The notes below the pieces were generated by a model, which was not told where the DNA came from, made no database searches, and worked only from the letters and a program-made list of their open reading frames with translations. Below, piece by piece: positions 62,087 through 63,889 of a DNA stretch of 63,889 nt. The stretch lies in the NCBI GenBank assembly GCA_038087875.1, contig CM075991.1:5332112-5396000 (forward strand), in the 5' to 3' direction. Origin of the DNA: Malacoraja senta (Eukaryota). The translations under genes and the position numbers were made by a program. Every line of letters starts with the position of its first letter. Position 1 is the first letter of the stretch.

Positions 62087-63480
62087 TGTAGGGCCTGTTT
62101 CCACGCTATCTGACTCTATTATCTTATTGCTGTTTGTGGGAATTTGGTTACCTGGATGTTCATTTCATTGCTGTAGATGGGATTCGGCTACACTCAAATT
62201 TAACACTTCATTTCCCACAAGAATGACTACATTTTCCTTCTCCGGCTGCAAAGACTTTGGAATGCAGAAGTCAGTGATGGAATTAATATGCAACTTCTTT
62301 CTTCTAATTCAAAGATGCATAAAATAATCATTATATTTTCTACTGCTGACTGCAACAACTCTTCAAATTTCTATATAGTTATATAGTTATAGATTCATAG
62401 AGTCTTACAGCGTGGAAACAGGCCCTTTGGCCCAACTTGCCGACCAACATGTCCCATCTACCCTGGTCTCACCTGCCTGCGTTTGCCCCATATCCCTCCA
62501 AACCTATCCTATTCATGTACCTGTGTTAATGTTTCTTAAACGTTGCGCTAACACCTGCCTTAACTACCTCCTCCAGCAACTTGTCCATACACTCATCACC
62601 CTTTGTGTAAAAAAGGTAACCCTCATGTTCCTATTAAATCTTTCCCCCCTCACCTTATATCTATGGTTCTTGATTCCCCTACTCTGGGCAAGAGATTCTG
62701 TGCGTTTACCAAATTTATTCCTCTCATGATTTTACTTTGGGATTTCCTGTGGTCACAGAAGACAGATTTAAAAAGCATGTCTTTCTGTTTTACTAGATTC
62801 AATGGATACAAAATGGAAGGTTAAAAAAATAAAATAGAAATTTAGGCAGTACAATCCAAAGTGTTTCAAGTTGCCTTTTACAAAAATCATGCTTTTCTCC
62901 AAAGGCAGCTACATAATTCTGAAGATAAGTAATACATTAGTTGCTTTATTTCCAGCATTCAGCTTAACAAAATTCTCAACATCCAGCTTGTAGAATGTCA
63001 ATTATCACTTCAGTGTGAGTCATGCAACATTCACTTTTTCTTTGTCAGTGACCATTTAGCTACATTACATAACATACATCTAAATCTCTCATGTTATTTT
63101 TAAAGTATAATGGGTGCAAGAGCTTGTGCAAGCAAAAGCACATCTTGAGGTTCTAATGCACTGCAATTGTTGTTCAGTTCCAATATGTAATCATATACTC
63201 ATGTTGCACTGTCATTGTGGATAGTTCAAGGCTTAGTATTCACTGTATAAATTGACTAGCTCATGCAACAATGATCGTTCTCTCTGATAGGCTACAAACT
63301 GTTAATGTACTCTGTTTGTTTCAGTTGCCATAATCAAGTCTTAAATTAGTTTGCCATGAGCAAATAATCTGTCTCCTCGAAAATAATTTGCCAATGATGA
63401 GGGATTCATATTGTGAACATTTCTATTGTTAGATGGCTCTTTCCCTATGGGCATATTTTAAGATTTTATAGGTAATGTTA

Positions 63481-63777
63481 AGCCCCTGTCCCACGATGCG
63501 AGTTTACCCAAGAGCTCTCCCGCGTAAAAAAAAAATCAAACTCGTGGTACTTCATCACGAGTATTTTTTTACTCTTGGAAATTTTTCACAAACTGTTGAA
63601 AAAACTTCACGAGTTACCGCGTTTCCCGAGTACCTGCCGTTAGCATTACGAGCCGCTACGGGACATCCACGAGCTCCGACGTACCCGCTATGTACATTCT
63701 ACGTACCTACCGCGAGTTTGATTTTTTTTAAAACTCGGGAGAGTTCTTGGGTAAAGTCGTATCGTGGGACAGGCCCT
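63481..63777. mobile_element. MITE, PIF/Harbinger-like (related to 45632-45983)
   Basis: TIRs AGCCCCTGTCCCACGAT... / ...ATCGTGGGACAGGCCCT; TTA on both flanks; internal segment homologous, in opposite orientation, to the 45632 copy. Confidence 0.85.
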
Positions 63778-63889
63778 TTATCCCTTCAGTAAGAAAAGGA
63801 TTTTTTCAGTGAATCAGGAACGATGCAGCCAGCTGACAGGCACAAAGGTCACTGGTAGTAAGCATAATGTTTCCTCAACCATATGTTTA

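Overview
Vertebrate genomic DNA, very likely a cartilaginous fish (skate/ray-like). This is inferred from HE1/V-type SINEs and elasmobranch-style CR1 and Penelope repeats. The window appears to lie inside one minus-strand gene, BIN3 (bridging integrator 3, BAR domain). Four GT-AG-bounded, phase-compatible coding exons are visible at 61680-61816, 60324-60364, 24854-24995 and 22429-22563; I did not find the first exons or the last exon. The introns (1.3 kb, 35.3 kb, 2.3 kb, >22 kb) are packed with transposons: one near-full-length CR1 LINE, many CR1 and Rex1/Babar fragments, tRNA-derived SINEs, two PIF/Harbinger-like MITEs and about 20 Penelope-like (GIY-YIG) pLTR derivatives. Highlights: (1) the Penelope derivatives are short fold-back insertions with 8-15 bp target-site duplications, and several carry a minimal hammerhead-ribozyme core, some in BIN3-sense orientation. 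(2) A family of four divergent GC-rich non-coding retroposons conserves a series of covarying hairpins rather than sequence. (3) A three-level nested insertion (old LINE > Penelope > CR1). (4) An inverted pLTR pair brackets two BIN3 exons (circRNA candidate). Family assignments come from motif recognition by eye, not database searches; boundaries of old repeats are approximate.
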